Shown piece by piece: positions 26,584-38,846 of a stretch of DNA of 64,000 nt. How positions within the stretch are numbered: position 1 is the first letter of the stretch; each line of letters opens with the position of its first letter. The notes beneath the pieces are model-generated. The model searched no databases. It saw only the letters and a program-made list of their open reading frames with translations, and was not told the origin of the DNA. The DNA comes from Piromyces finnis finn (taxonomy: Eukaryota; Fungi; Neocallimastigomycota): contig MCFH01000054.1 of NCBI GenBank assembly GCA_002104945.1, forward strand, positions 124,001-188,000, read 5' to 3'. A program made the translations under genes and the position numbers.

Positions 26584-28140
26584 CTATATTGTTAATCTTT
26601 CGATTTCTTCTTGATATAATCTTTCTCTGTCGTTTGTTATGGTAATCTTTCTAGAAAGACCAGTTCCTATTTCAACTGCAGAAACATTAATAATTCCATT
26701 TTTATCAATATCTATTGTTAATTCTATTAATGTTTCTCCACACGGTGCTTCCGTAATTCCTTCTAATATAAATTCACCTAATAAAAAATTATCTCTTACA
26801 TATATCTCCTCTCCTTCATATATACTGATATATACTGAATTTTGATTATTCTCATTTGTTGTACAAAATATAGTTTTACTAGTTGGAAGACTGGAATTAC
26901 GTTCAATAATAATATTCATATAACCATTGCTATCCTCAATGCCAATGGAAAATGTCGTAACATCTTGTAAATTTATATTTTTAATAGATTCTGATTGATC
27001 ACCTGAAATATTTGCTGATTGAATAGCCGCTCCACATGCAACCGCTTCATCCGGATTAACTGTCTTGTTTAATTTTTTCCCATCAAAATAGGAGGTGACC
27101 AATTGTTGGATTTTTGGAATTCGGGTGGATCCACCAACTAACACAATTTCATCAATATCCGATTTGTCTGAATCTGTATCAGAAAGAACTCGTTCAATGG
27201 GTTCAAGTATCTTTTCAAAATAATCTGAATTTAATTCTTCAAATTGAGCACGTGTTATACCACTGTATAAATCTATACCATCAAATAAATGTTCAATTTC
27301 AACAGAAGCATAGAAAGAAGATGAAAGAATGCATTTTGCTCGTTCACACAATTTCCTTAATCTATTTAATGATCTTGAATTAGTAGAAATATCTCTGTCA
27401 TATTTTCTTTTAAATTCTTCAACAAAATAGTCTACTAGACGATTAGTTAGATCTTCCCCACCAAGACGAGTATCTCCTGCTGTAGCTTTAACCGTAAATG
27501 TACCATTATTAATAGATAAAAGAGAAACATCTGTTGTACCTCCACCAACATCAACAACTAAAATATTTTCTTCACCCTTTATTGTTTTATTAAGACCATA
27601 GGCAAGGGCAGCGGCAGTTGGTTCATTTATAATTTGTAAAACATTTAAACCAGCGATCCTAGAAGCATCCACGGTCGCTCGACGTTGAGCATCATTAAAA
27701 TAAGCAGGAACGGTGATTACAACATCTTTTACTTCTTCGCCTAAATAATCTTGAGCATAATCCTTTAATTTAGAAAGAATCATGGCAGATATTTCTTCTG
27801 GCATAAAATCCTTGATTTCATTTTTATATTCAACTTGAATAAAAGGTTTTCCATTTCTTTCAATAACTTTGAAAGGCCAGTACCTTAAATTAGATTGAAC
27901 TTCTATATCATTAAAATTACGACCTATTAATCGTTTGACATCAAAGACTATGTTTTTAAAATCAATTCCATTTATCTGTTGAGCTTCATCACCAACTAAT
28001 CTTTCAGTAGAGGTAAATGCAACCAAAGAAGGTGTTGTACGATGTCCTTGATAATTAGCAATAACTTCTACATGACCATCTCTATAAATAGCAATACATG
28101 AATAAGTAGTGCCTAAGTCAATACCAATAAATCCCCTCAT
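26584..28140 (-). CDS. HSP70: Atypical Hsp70 (copy B), truncated before the lid; degenerate lid sequence follows the stop
   Basis: Full NBD motifs are present and the ORF ends EEIERLTI*. The same frame past the stop reads KRIISLNNFEDYTYNF...ILT*IE, which resembles the lid of copies C and D. Confidence 0.9.
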   Translation of the reverse strand: MRGFIGIDLGTTYSCIAIYRDGHVEVIANYQGHRTTPSLVAFTSTERLVGDEAQQINGIDFKNIVFDVKRLIGRNFNDIEVQSNLRYWPFKVIERNGKPFIQVEYKNEIKDFMPEEISAMILSKLKDYAQDYLGEEVKDVVITVPAYFNDAQRRATVDASRIAGLNVLQIINEPTAAALAYGLNKTIKGEENILVVDVGGGTTDVSLLSINNGTFTVKATAGDTRLGGEDLTNRLVDYFVEEFKRKYDRDISTNSRSLNRLRKLCERAKCILSSSFYASVEIEHLFDGIDLYSGITRAQFEELNSDYFEKILEPIERVLSDTDSDKSDIDEIVLVGGSTRIPKIQQLVTSYFDGKKLNKTVNPDEAVACGAAIQSANISGDQSESIKNINLQDVTTFSIGIEDSNGYMNIIIERNSSLPTSKTIFCTTNENNQNSVYISIYEGEEIYVRDNFLLGEFILEGITEAPCGETLIELTIDIDKNGIINVSAVEIGTGLSRKITITNDRERLYQEEIERLTI

Positions 28141-29115
28141 TTTTAATTTTTAATTAATATATTAATAAAAATGAAAAATAAAAAAAAAATTTAAAGAAAA
28201 TTTTTCTTTTCATATTAATTTATAAAATATAAATATGTGTCTAATTATCTAATTAATATAATTTTATTAATAAAATGATCAACTATAAATTGATTCGATA
28301 TTTTATATTAAATTTTTTTATAATAATAAATTAGACTTTAAAAAATGGAAATGAAAATGAAAATGATAATCTTCTTTAATATGTAAAATAAACAATTATA
28401 TTTTAGTATAATTCCTGTATCCTGTATAATAAATAAAATGTATTAGAAAATATTATAATAAAATAGAATTATATTTATTAATATTTATTAATATTTTTTT
28501 GTTATTAAATATATATAAAATAATAAAAAATAAAAAGTTCTTTTTTTTCTATATGATTATTAAAACATTGAATTATTTAACTACCTCTCTTTATCTTTCT
28601 CATTTAATATCGTTTTTTTTTATAAACACATAATTATTTACGTATATATTTATTTAAAAGTTTTTTTTAATTTTATTTATTTATAAATTATTGTTTTTTT
28701 TTTCCTTCATTATATGTATACAAACATAGAACAAATTCTGTAAATATTTATTTATATATGTTATCCTTTATATATAATTAAAAAAAATAAAATAAAATAT
28801 TTCATTAAATATTTATCATTAAAAGATTTATTGAATTTTAAATACTTGAAATGGTGGTGTAGTTTACAATATTATTTAAAGAATTTTGAGATATTTTATT
28901 TATAATTTTATTCATTTCATTTATTCAATTTCATTTATTCATTTCATTTATCTATATAACCGAATAAAAAAAAAAAAAGTAGAATATTAGATTAATAAGA
29001 TGAAAAAAGAAGATAATATTTTTTTTAAAAAAAACAAATAAATAGTAATTATGAGAAATAGGAATATATAATGTTTTAATTTAATATATTTTATTATAGA
29101 AGAATAAAAGATATA

Positions 29116-29327
29116 TTATGAAAACAGATTATTAACATGTTCTTGTAATACTTTCTAGTGGTACCTTTTGCTAATTCACTTTCATACTGCACTACTCTAA
29201 ATTTTATGATTATTTGTCCATAATGTCATATTATATATATATACTTAACCTTCTACTGGAATATAGGTGTATTATTATTTTGTTCAATGATAGGATTCAT
29301 CATAATTCCCAAATTACCAACACTTGA
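29116..29327 (-). pseudogene. Degenerate Hsp70 SBD/C-terminal fragment (mirror copy)
   Basis: Reverse complement of 33371-33582. Confidence 0.7.
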
Positions 29328-29609
29328 TAAAAAATAAAATCTTTAAGATTTCTAATAGATTTTGATTGATCATTTGAAAAATTAAAAAAATTCAATCATA
29401 ATATAAGTTATATATATATTATGATATTTTAATAAAAAATATTTTTAAAAAAAAAACACATAAAAGTTGATATACACTTTAAAAAACAATGATAATATAT
29501 ATATATTTTTTTAATTTGTTTTTTTTTTTTATTTTTAAAGTTATAAGATTATTTTTGAAGTAATAAATTTATATATGTATTGATTTTTATATATTTATAT
29601 ATTATTTAA

Positions 29610-30662
29610 TTAGTTAGCCAAGCGCTTTTCGGATTTTAAGTATTCAACAATTTCAGGATTGCTAGAAACAGTTTTGTAAACCTTTATAAGATTTGGAGTA
29701 GTCTCATTGCTGAAAAATCCTTTTAATGGTGGGAAATCAATATAACTTTCAACAAGGCAATAGGCAACAATATCAACATAAGTAAGTTTATCATTCATGT
29801 AATGGCCATTAGACCCATTATTGGCAAGAATTTCTTCTTGATATTTAATACCGTTCTTAATGGCATCGTTGTTTAATACAGTCTTTTCAACAGGTTCACC
29901 TAACCCTCTCTATTATTAATATTAATATTTAGTTTATTTATAGATATAAATATAAATATTAGGTATAGGTATAGATGTTAGGTATTAGATATAAGTATAG
30001 ATACAGGTATAGGTATAGGTATAGATATTAGGTATAGATATAGATGTTAGGTAGAGGTATAAAAAATATTTTTTAAATACTACGTTTCCATTTTTAAAAT
30101 ATGAATACAAAAGAATAACTAATAGTAATAGAAATGGATGGTTACCTCAGCCATAAAAACAGCAGACATAATTTTATCAGCGACATCATAGAGTCCAGTA
30201 AAGTAAGAATCAAGAAGTGCATTCTTACATGGACATTTAGTATTTAAATCTATAATTATTTATTAATATTATTTTTTAATATTAATATTATTATTATTAT
30301 TATTTAGATAATATACAATTATTAAAATATTTAAATATAAATTAATTTTTTGTATTAAATATACTTATGCAAAAGGCATAAGTAATTAATAATATATAAT
30401 AGTAATAATATATACCAAAAGTGCTGGCGATATATCTAATAATGGCACTAGTTTCAACTAAACGAAGTTCTTCTCCATTAGCTTTATGTTCGATTAACAT
30501 TGGAACTTGCTTATATAAAAGACCTTCAGTAGAAAACTTCTCTTTAGCCCAGTCATTAACTAATTTATTTTCCCAGTTAGCTTTAGCAGCAGCTAAAACT
30601 AAACGAACAAATTCACCTCTACCTTTAATTGGGAAATAGTAAATTTCAAATTTGGAATCCAT
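29610..30662 (-). CDS. GST: Glutathione S-transferase (Tyr-type), 3 exons
   Basis: Exons 30662-30416, 30249-30146 and 29909-29610. Motifs YYFPIKGRGEFVRL, QVPML, ETSAIIRY and LTYVDI; mirror of 32035-33087. Confidence 0.92.
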
Positions 30663-31096
30663 TGTTTGTTTTTATTTAATAATTATTTAATAATTTATTG
30701 TTTTCTTTAATTTTTTGTTTTTGATTAAAGTGTATATGTATTAAAGAAAAATAAAAAAAAAAAAAAAAAAGAAAATATAAATGTCTTTTTATATTAAAAA
30801 TTTTAATTTCCAAAAATTTATTAATTAGTAATTGATATTAATTTATAAACTTTAATTATTAATATTTAATACTATTATTTAATATAATATTAATAAAAAT
30901 TATGATGATTTCGAAAATAAATTCCACCATGCCTTCGATCTAATTCTTAACTCAACCGATCAATTTTAAATGATCCATTAAATATGGAAATGCATAGATA
31001 ATGCTTTAGTTATTCATAATTTATAAGAAAATATTCGTTTATGCCGGTTTTAGTAATATATATATATATAAATAATATATTAATAAAATAATATAT

Positions 31097-31584
31097 ATAT
31101 TATTTTTAAAAATTAATAAAATATTACAATACTTGAAATGGTGATGTAGTTTGCAATATCTTTTAAAGTATTTTGAGATATTTTATTTACAATTATAATT
31201 TTATTCATTTATTTTTTTTTTTCATTTATTTATATATAAAAGAATATTTTAATAAATAGATAAAAATTAATATAAAAAAGAGAGAATAATGAAACAACGA
31301 TAACTAATTATTTTTTTTTTTTAAAAAAAATGTAATTATGAGAAATTGGTATATTATATTTTTAATCTAAATATTATAAGAATAGATTATTAGCGTTTTC
31401 TTGTAATATTTTAAAAATAGATTATTGAATTAAAAATTATTAGATACTTTTATATATTATCTTTTAAATATTTATAATTCCAATGTTGTTTGTGATAGTA
31501 TAATGATTATAATTATAATTATTCATTATACTATAATAATTTAATAATACAATATATTTAATAATATAAAAATATTAGTATTAA
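31097..31584. other. Non-palindromic spacer of the inverted repeat, containing the last 12 codons of an Hsp70-D-like gene (31374-31409, minus strand)
   Basis: The minus strand reads ILQENANNLFL*, as at the end of copy D. The rest matches 40335-40820 in rearranged order. Confidence 0.85.
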
Positions 31585-32034
31585 ATATATTATTTTATTA
31601 ATATATTATTTATATATATATATATTTATATATATATATATTACTAAAACCGGCATAAACGAATATTTTCTTATAAATTATGAATAACTAAAGCATTATC
31701 TATGCATTTCCATATTTAATGGATCATTTAAAATTGATCGGTTGAGTTAAGAATTAGATCGAAGGCATGGTGGAATTTATTTTCGAAATCATCATAATTT
31801 TTATTAATATTATATTAAATAATAGTATTAAATATTAATAATTAAAGTTTATAAATTAATATCAATTACTAATTAATAAATTTTTGGAAATTAAAATTTT
31901 TAATATAAAAAGACATTTATATTTTCTTTTTTTTTTTTTTTTTTATTTTTCTTTAATACATATACACTTTAATCAAAAACAAAAAATTAAAGAAAACAAT
32001 AAATTATTAAATAATTATTAAATAAAAACAAACA

Positions 32035-33087
32035 ATGGATTCCAAATTTGAAATTTACTATTTCCCAATTAAAGGTAGAGGTGAATTTGTTCGTTTAGTT
32101 TTAGCTGCTGCTAAAGCTAACTGGGAAAATAAATTAGTTAATGACTGGGCTAAAGAGAAGTTTTCTACTGAAGGTCTTTTATATAAGCAAGTTCCAATGT
32201 TAATCGAACATAAAGCTAATGGAGAAGAACTTCGTTTAGTTGAAACTAGTGCCATTATTAGATATATCGCCAGCACTTTTGGTATATATTATTACTATTA
32301 TATATTATTAATTACTTATGCCTTTTGCATAAGTATATTTAATACAAAAAATTAATTTATATTTAAATATTTTAATAATTGTATATTATCTAAATAATAA
32401 TAATAATAATATTAATATTAAAAAATAATATTAATAAATAATTATAGATTTAAATACTAAATGTCCATGTAAGAATGCACTTCTTGATTCTTACTTTACT
32501 GGACTCTATGATGTCGCTGATAAAATTATGTCTGCTGTTTTTATGGCTGAGGTAACCATCCATTTCTATTACTATTAGTTATTCTTTTGTATTCATATTT
32601 TAAAAATGGAAACGTAGTATTTAAAAAATATTTTTTATACCTCTACCTAACATCTATATCTATACCTAATATCTATACCTATACCTATACCTGTATCTAT
32701 ACTTATATCTAATACCTAACATCTATACCTATACCTAATATTTATATTTATATCTATAAATAAACTAAATATTAATATTAATAATAGAGAGGGTTAGGTG
32801 AACCTGTTGAAAAGACTGTATTAAACAACGATGCCATTAAGAACGGTATTAAATATCAAGAAGAAATTCTTGCCAATAATGGGTCTAATGGCCATTACAT
32901 GAATGATAAACTTACTTATGTTGATATTGTTGCCTATTGCCTTGTTGAAAGTTATATTGATTTCCCACCATTAAAAGGATTTTTCAGCAATGAGACTACT
33001 CCAAATCTTATAAAGGTTTACAAAACTGTTTCTAGCAATCCTGAAATTGTTGAATACTTAAAATCCGAAAAGCGCTTGGCTAACTAA
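32035..33087 (+). CDS. GST: Glutathione S-transferase (Tyr-type), 3 exons
   Basis: Exons 32035-32281, 32448-32551 and 32788-33087 give an open ~217-aa GST with N-terminal thioredoxin-like and C-terminal helical domains. Confidence 0.92.
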
Positions 33088-33370
33088 TTAAATAATATAT
33101 AAATATATAAAAATCAATACATATATAAATTTATTACTTCAAAAATAATCTTATAACTTTAAAAATAAAAAAAAAAAAACAAATTAAAAAAATATATATA
33201 TATTATCATTGTTTTTTAAAGTGTATATCAACTTTTATGTGTTTTTTTTTTAAAAATATTTTTTATTAAAATATCATAATATATATATAACTTATATTAT
33301 GATTGAATTTTTTTAATTTTTCAAATGATCAATCAAAATCTATTAGAAATCTTAAAGATTTTATTTTTTA

Positions 33371-33582
33371 TCAAGTGTTGGTAATTTGGGAATTATGATG
33401 AATCCTATCATTGAACAAAATAATAATACACCTATATTCCAGTAGAAGGTTAAGTATATATATATAATATGACATTATGGACAAATAATCATAAAATTTA
33501 GAGTAGTGCAGTATGAAAGTGAATTAGCAAAAGGTACCACTAGAAAGTATTACAAGAACATGTTAATAATCTGTTTTCATAA
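33371..33582 (+). pseudogene. Degenerate Hsp70 SBD fragment fused to an Hsp70 C-terminal end
   Basis: GGACAAATAATCATAAAATTTAGAGTAGTGCAGTATGAAAGTGAATTAGCAAAAGGT (GQIIIKFRVVQYESELAKG) aligns with copy C GQTVIRFKVLQGERELVKD. The fragment ends KVLQEHVNNLFS*, like copy D KILQENANNLFL*. Stops and frameshifts are present. Confidence 0.75.
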
Positions 33583-34557
33583 TATATCTTTTATTCTTCT
33601 ATAATAAAATATATTAAATTAAAACATTATATATTCCTATTTCTCATAATTACTATTTATTTGTTTTTTTTAAAAAAAATATTATCTTCTTTTTTCATCT
33701 TATTAATCTAATATTCTACTTTTTTTTTTTTTATTCGGTTATATAGATAAATGAAATGAATAAATGAAATTGAATAAATGAAATGAATAAAATTATAAAT
33801 AAAATATCTCAAAATTCTTTAAATAATATTGTAAACTACACCACCATTTCAAGTATTTAAAATTCAATAAATCTTTTAATGATAAATATTTAATGAAATA
33901 TTTTATTTTATTTTTTTTAATTATATATAAAGGATAACATATATAAATAAATATTTACAGAATTTGTTCTATGTTTGTATACATATAATGAAGGAAAAAA
34001 AAAACAATAATTTATAAATAAATAAAATTAAAAAAAACTTTTAAATAAATATATACGTAAATAATTATGTGTTTATAAAAAAAAACGATATTAAATGAGA
34101 AAGATAAAGAGAGGTAGTTAAATAATTCAATGTTTTAATAATCATATAGAAAAAAAAGAACTTTTTATTTTTTATTATTTTATATATATTTAATAACAAA
34201 AAAATATTAATAAATATTAATAAATATAATTCTATTTTATTATAATATTTTCTAATACATTTTATTTATTATACAGGATACAGGAATTATACTAAAATAT
34301 AATTGTTTATTTTACATATTAAAGAAGATTATCATTTTCATTTTCATTTCCATTTTTTAAAGTCTAATTTATTATTATAAAAAAATTTAATATAAAATAT
34401 CGAATCAATTTATAGTTGATCATTTTATTAATAAAATTATATTAATTAGATAATTAGACACATATTTATATTTTATAAATTAATATGAAAAGAAAAATTT
34501 TCTTTAAATTTTTTTTTTATTTTTCATTTTTATTAATATATTAATTAAAAATTAAAA

Positions 34558-36372
34558 ATGAGTGGATTTATTGGTATTGACTTAGGTACTACTTATTCAT
34601 GTATTGCTATTTATAGAGATGGTCATGTAGAAGTTATTGCTAATTATCAAGGACATCGTACAACACCTTCTTTGGTTGCATTTACCTCTACTGAAAGATT
34701 AGTTGGTGATGAAGCTCAACAGATAAATGGAATTGATTTTAAAAACATAGTCTTTGATGTTAAACGATTAATAGGTCGTAATTTTAATGATATAGAAGTT
34801 CAATCTAATTTAAGGTACTGGCCTTTCAAAGTTATTGAAAGAAATGGAAAACCTTTTATTCAAGTTGAATATAAAAATGAAATCAAGGATTTTATGCCAG
34901 AAGAAATATCTGCCATGATTCTTTCTAAATTAAAGGATTATGCTCAAGATTATTTAGGCGAAGAAGTAAAAGATGTTGTAATCACCGTTCCTGCTTATTT
35001 TAATGATGCTCAACGTCGAGCGACCGTGGATGCTTCTAGGATCGCTGGTTTAAATGTTTTACAAATTATAAATGAACCAACTGCCGCTGCCCTTGCCTAT
35101 GGTCTTAATAAAACAATAAAGGGTGAAGAAAATATTTTAGTTGTTGATGTTGGTGGAGGTACAACAGATGTTTCTCTTTTATCTATTAATAATGGTACAT
35201 TTACGGTTAAAGCTACAGCAGGAGATACTCGTCTTGGTGGGGAAGATCTAACTAATCGTCTAGTAGACTATTTTGTTGAAGAATTTAAAAGAAAATATGA
35301 CAGAGATATTTCTACTAATTCAAGATCATTAAATAGATTAAGGAAATTGTGTGAACGAGCAAAATGCATTCTTTCATCTTCTTTCTATGCTTCTGTTGAA
35401 ATTGAACATTTATTTGATGGTATAGATTTATACAGTGGTATAACACGTGCTCAATTTGAAGAATTAAATTCAGATTATTTTGAAAAGATACTTGAACCCA
35501 TTGAACGAGTTCTTTCTGATACCGATTTAGACAAATCGGATATTGATGAAATTGTGTTAGTTGGTGGATCCACCCGAATTCCAAAAATCCAACAATTGGT
35601 CACCTCCTATTTTGATGGGAAAAAATTAAACAAGACAGTTAATCCGGATGAAGCGGTTGCATGTGGAGCGGCTATTCAATCAGCAAATATTTCAGGTGAT
35701 CAATCAGAATCTATTAAAAATATAAATTTACAAGATGTTATTTCTCTTTCATTAGGTGTTGATAATAGAGGAACAACAGTAGATACTATCATTAAACGTA
35801 ATACCCATATTCCAGCAGAAGGTAAGGATATTCGTATAACATGTCGTGATGGACAAACAGTCATAAGATTTAAAGTTTTACAAGGTGAGCGTGAATTAGT
35901 AAAAGATAATACTGTCCTAGGTGAAGTTGTATTAGAAGGTATTACATCAGCTCCTCGTGGTGAAACAAAAGTTGAATTAACTTATAAAGTAGATATCAAT
36001 GGTATTATTCATGTGTCTGCTGTTGAGTTAGGCACTGGTCTTTCTAGAGAGATTACCATATCAAATAATGAATTATCTCAAGAAGAGATTGAACATTTAA
36101 TTAATGAAGCTGAAATGTATCGAGAAGAAGACAGGAAAGCCAAAGAAAGAATTCAATCTATGAATAAACTTGATGATTATGCTCGTCAACTTCTTAAACG
36201 TCTTAATAATGAAAAGGATAGATACAAAATTAAAATAGAGGATGAAAATAAATTAAGAAATATTATTACTGCCACAATTGAATGGATTTTCGATCATCAT
36301 GATGCAAGTAAAGAAGAATATGATGAAAAAAGAAATGAATTATTAAATCTTGCTTCTTCTCTTTTTAAATAA
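34558..36372 (+). CDS. HSP70: Atypical Hsp70 (copy C), the only uninterrupted copy; no EEVD tail
   Basis: 604-aa ORF with all NBD motifs, an SBD-beta and a lid; it ends LASSLFK. Confidence 0.95.
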   Translation: MSGFIGIDLGTTYSCIAIYRDGHVEVIANYQGHRTTPSLVAFTSTERLVGDEAQQINGIDFKNIVFDVKRLIGRNFNDIEVQSNLRYWPFKVIERNGKPFIQVEYKNEIKDFMPEEISAMILSKLKDYAQDYLGEEVKDVVITVPAYFNDAQRRATVDASRIAGLNVLQIINEPTAAALAYGLNKTIKGEENILVVDVGGGTTDVSLLSINNGTFTVKATAGDTRLGGEDLTNRLVDYFVEEFKRKYDRDISTNSRSLNRLRKLCERAKCILSSSFYASVEIEHLFDGIDLYSGITRAQFEELNSDYFEKILEPIERVLSDTDLDKSDIDEIVLVGGSTRIPKIQQLVTSYFDGKKLNKTVNPDEAVACGAAIQSANISGDQSESIKNINLQDVISLSLGVDNRGTTVDTIIKRNTHIPAEGKDIRITCRDGQTVIRFKVLQGERELVKDNTVLGEVVLEGITSAPRGETKVELTYKVDINGIIHVSAVELGTGLSREITISNNELSQEEIEHLINEAEMYREEDRKAKERIQSMNKLDDYARQLLKRLNNEKDRYKIKIEDENKLRNIITATIEWIFDHHDASKEEYDEKRNELLNLASSLFK

Positions 36373-36532
36373 TATCAATACTTTAGTGTATCATATACAT
36401 CATATATATAAATGGTTTTCCCATTTTTTAAACTATTATATAAAATAACTATCAGACATTCTTTTAATATGTTGTTTTTGTAAAATTATAATATTTAGTC
36501 TATTTTATTATTTTTTCTTTTATTTATCATAC

Positions 36533-36535
36533 TAT

Positions 36536-36567
<32 letters not shown>

Positions 36568-36574
36568 TTACTAC

Positions 36575-36643
<69 letters not shown>

Positions 36644-36685
36644 TGATGATGATGATGATGATAATAATAATGATGATAATAATAT
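36533..36685. repeat. Compound (ACT)n(AAT)n(GAT)n microsatellite at the duplication junction
   Basis: Direct reading of 36533-36685. Confidence 0.9.
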
Positions 36686-36713
36686 TACTAATAATATTAA
36701 TAAATAATTATAG

Positions 36714-37353
36714 ACTTAAATACTAAATGTCCATGTAAGAATGTACTTCTTGATTCTTACTTTACTGGACTCTATGATGTCGCTGATAAAATTATGTCTG
36801 CTGTTTTTATGGCTGAGGTAACCATCCATTTCTATTACTATTAGTTATTCTTTTGTATTCATATTTTAAAAATGGAAACGTAGTATTTAAAAAATATTTT
36901 TTATACCTCTACCTAACATCTATATCTATACCTAATATCTATACCTATACCTATACCTGTATCTATACTTATATCTAATACCTAACATCTATATATATAC
37001 CTAATATTTATATTTATATCTATAAATAAACTAAATATTAATATTAATAATAGAGAGGGTTAGGTGAACCTGTTGAAAAGACTGTATTAAACAACGATGC
37101 CATTAAGAACGGTATTAAATATCAAGAAGAAATTCTTACCAATAATGGGTCTAATGGCCATTACATGAATGATAAACTTACTTATGTTGATATTATTGCC
37201 TATTGCCTTGTTGAAAGTTATATTGATTTCCCACCATTAAAAGGATTTTTCAGCAATGAGACTACTCCAAATCTTATAAAGGTTTACAAAACTGTTTCTA
37301 GCAATCCTGAAATTGTTGAATACTTAAAATCCGAAAAGCGCTTGGCTAACTAA
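36714..37353 (+). pseudogene. GST: 5'-truncated GST (exons 2 and 3 only)
   Basis: Exons 36714-36817 and 37054-37353 match the other copies with a few substitutions. Exon 1 is absent; the microsatellite lies upstream. Confidence 0.85.
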
Positions 37354-37633
37354 TTAAATAATATATAAATATATAAAAATCAATACATATATAAATTTAT
37401 TACTTCAAAAATAATCTTATAACTTTAAAAATAAAAAAAAAAAACAAATTAAAAATATATATATATTATCATTGTTTTTTAAAGTGTATATCAACTTTTA
37501 TGTGTTTTTTTTTTAAAAATATTTTTTATTAAAATATCATAATATATATATAACTTATATTATGATTGAATTTTTTTAATTTTTCAAATGATCAATCAAA
37601 ATCTATTAGAAATCTTAAAGATTTTATTTTTTA

Positions 37634-37845
37634 TCAAGTGTTGGTAATTTGGGAATTATGATGAATCCTATCATTGAACAAAATAATAATACACCTATAT
37701 TCCAGTAGAAGGTTAAGTATATATATATAATATGACATTATGGACAAATAATCATAAAATTTAGAGTAGTGCAGTATGAAAGTGAATTAGCAAAAGGTAA
37801 CACTAGAAAGTATTACAAGAACATGTTAATAATCTGTTTTCATAA
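37634..37845 (+). pseudogene. Third copy of the degenerate Hsp70 SBD/C-terminal fragment
   Basis: Near-identical to 33371-33582. Confidence 0.7.
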
Positions 37846-38846
37846 TATATCTTTTATTCTTCTATAATGAAATATATTAAATTAAAACATTATATATTCC
37901 TATTTCTCATAATTACTATTTATTTGTTTTTTTTTAAAAAAAATATTATCTTCTTTTTTCATCTTATTAATCTAATATTCTACTTTTTTTTTTTTATTCG
38001 GTTATATAGATAAATGAAATGAATAAATGAAATTGAATAAATGAAATGAATAAATGAAATTGAATAAATGAAATGAATAAAATTATAAATAAAATATCTC
38101 AAAATTCTTTAAATAATATTGTAAACTACACCACCATTTCAAGTATTTAAAATTCAATAAATCTTTTAATGATAAATATTTAATGAAATATTTTATTTTA
38201 TTTTTTTTAATTATATATAAAGGATAACATATATAAATAAATATTTACAGAATTTGTTCTATGTTTGTATACATATAATGAAGGAGAAAGAAACAATAAT
38301 TGATAAATAAATAAAATTAAAAAAAAACTTTTAAATAAATATATACGTAAATAATTATGTGTTTATAAAAAAAAACGATATTAAGTGAGAAAGATAAAGA
38401 GAGGTAGTTAAATAATTCAATGTTTTAATAATCATATAGAAAAAAAAGAACTTTTTATTTTTTATTATTTTATATATATTTAATAACAAAAAAATATTAA
38501 TAAATATTAATAAATATAATTCTATTTTATTATAATATTTTCTAATACATTTTATTTATTATACAGGATACAGGAATTATACTAAAATATAATTGTTTAT
38601 TTTACATATTAAAGAAGATTATCATTTTCATTTTCATTTCCATTTTTTAAAGTCTAATTTATTATTATAAAAAAATTTAATATAAAATATCGAATCAATT
38701 TATAGTTGATCATTTTATTAATAAAATTATATTAATTAGATAATTAGACACATATTTATATTTTATAAATTAATATGAAAAGAAAAATTCTCTTTAAATT
38801 TTTTTTTATTTTTCATTTTTATTAATAAATTAATAAAAAATTAAAA

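Larger units (their letters stand above)
26958..31096 (-). repeat. Left arm of ~4.1-kb near-perfect inverted repeat
   Basis: Reverse complement of 31585-35740; coordinate sums are 62697-62698 for the GST start/stop and Hsp70 start. It contains the Hsp70 NBD, an SBD remnant and a GST. Confidence 0.95.
31585..35740 (+). repeat. Right arm of ~4.1-kb near-perfect inverted repeat
   Basis: Mirror of 26958-31096; identity ends abruptly at ...TTACAAGATGTTA (35740). Confidence 0.95.

Noticed and set aside
29950-30060. Regularly spaced GGTATA/GATATA units resembling a CRISPR-like or structured array (also 32640-32750 and 36905-37010)
   Set aside because: This is a degenerate hexamer minisatellite within GST intron 2, with no unique spacers, in a eukaryotic context.
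34480-34510. Possible heat-shock element upstream of Hsp70 B, C and D
   Set aside because: GAA/TTC spacing does not fit alternating nGAAn units and is expected by chance in A/T runs.
26958-35740. Interpreting the inverted repeat as transposon terminal inverted repeats
   Set aside because: The arms consist of host genes and end inside Hsp70 coding sequence; no transposase or target-site duplication was seen.
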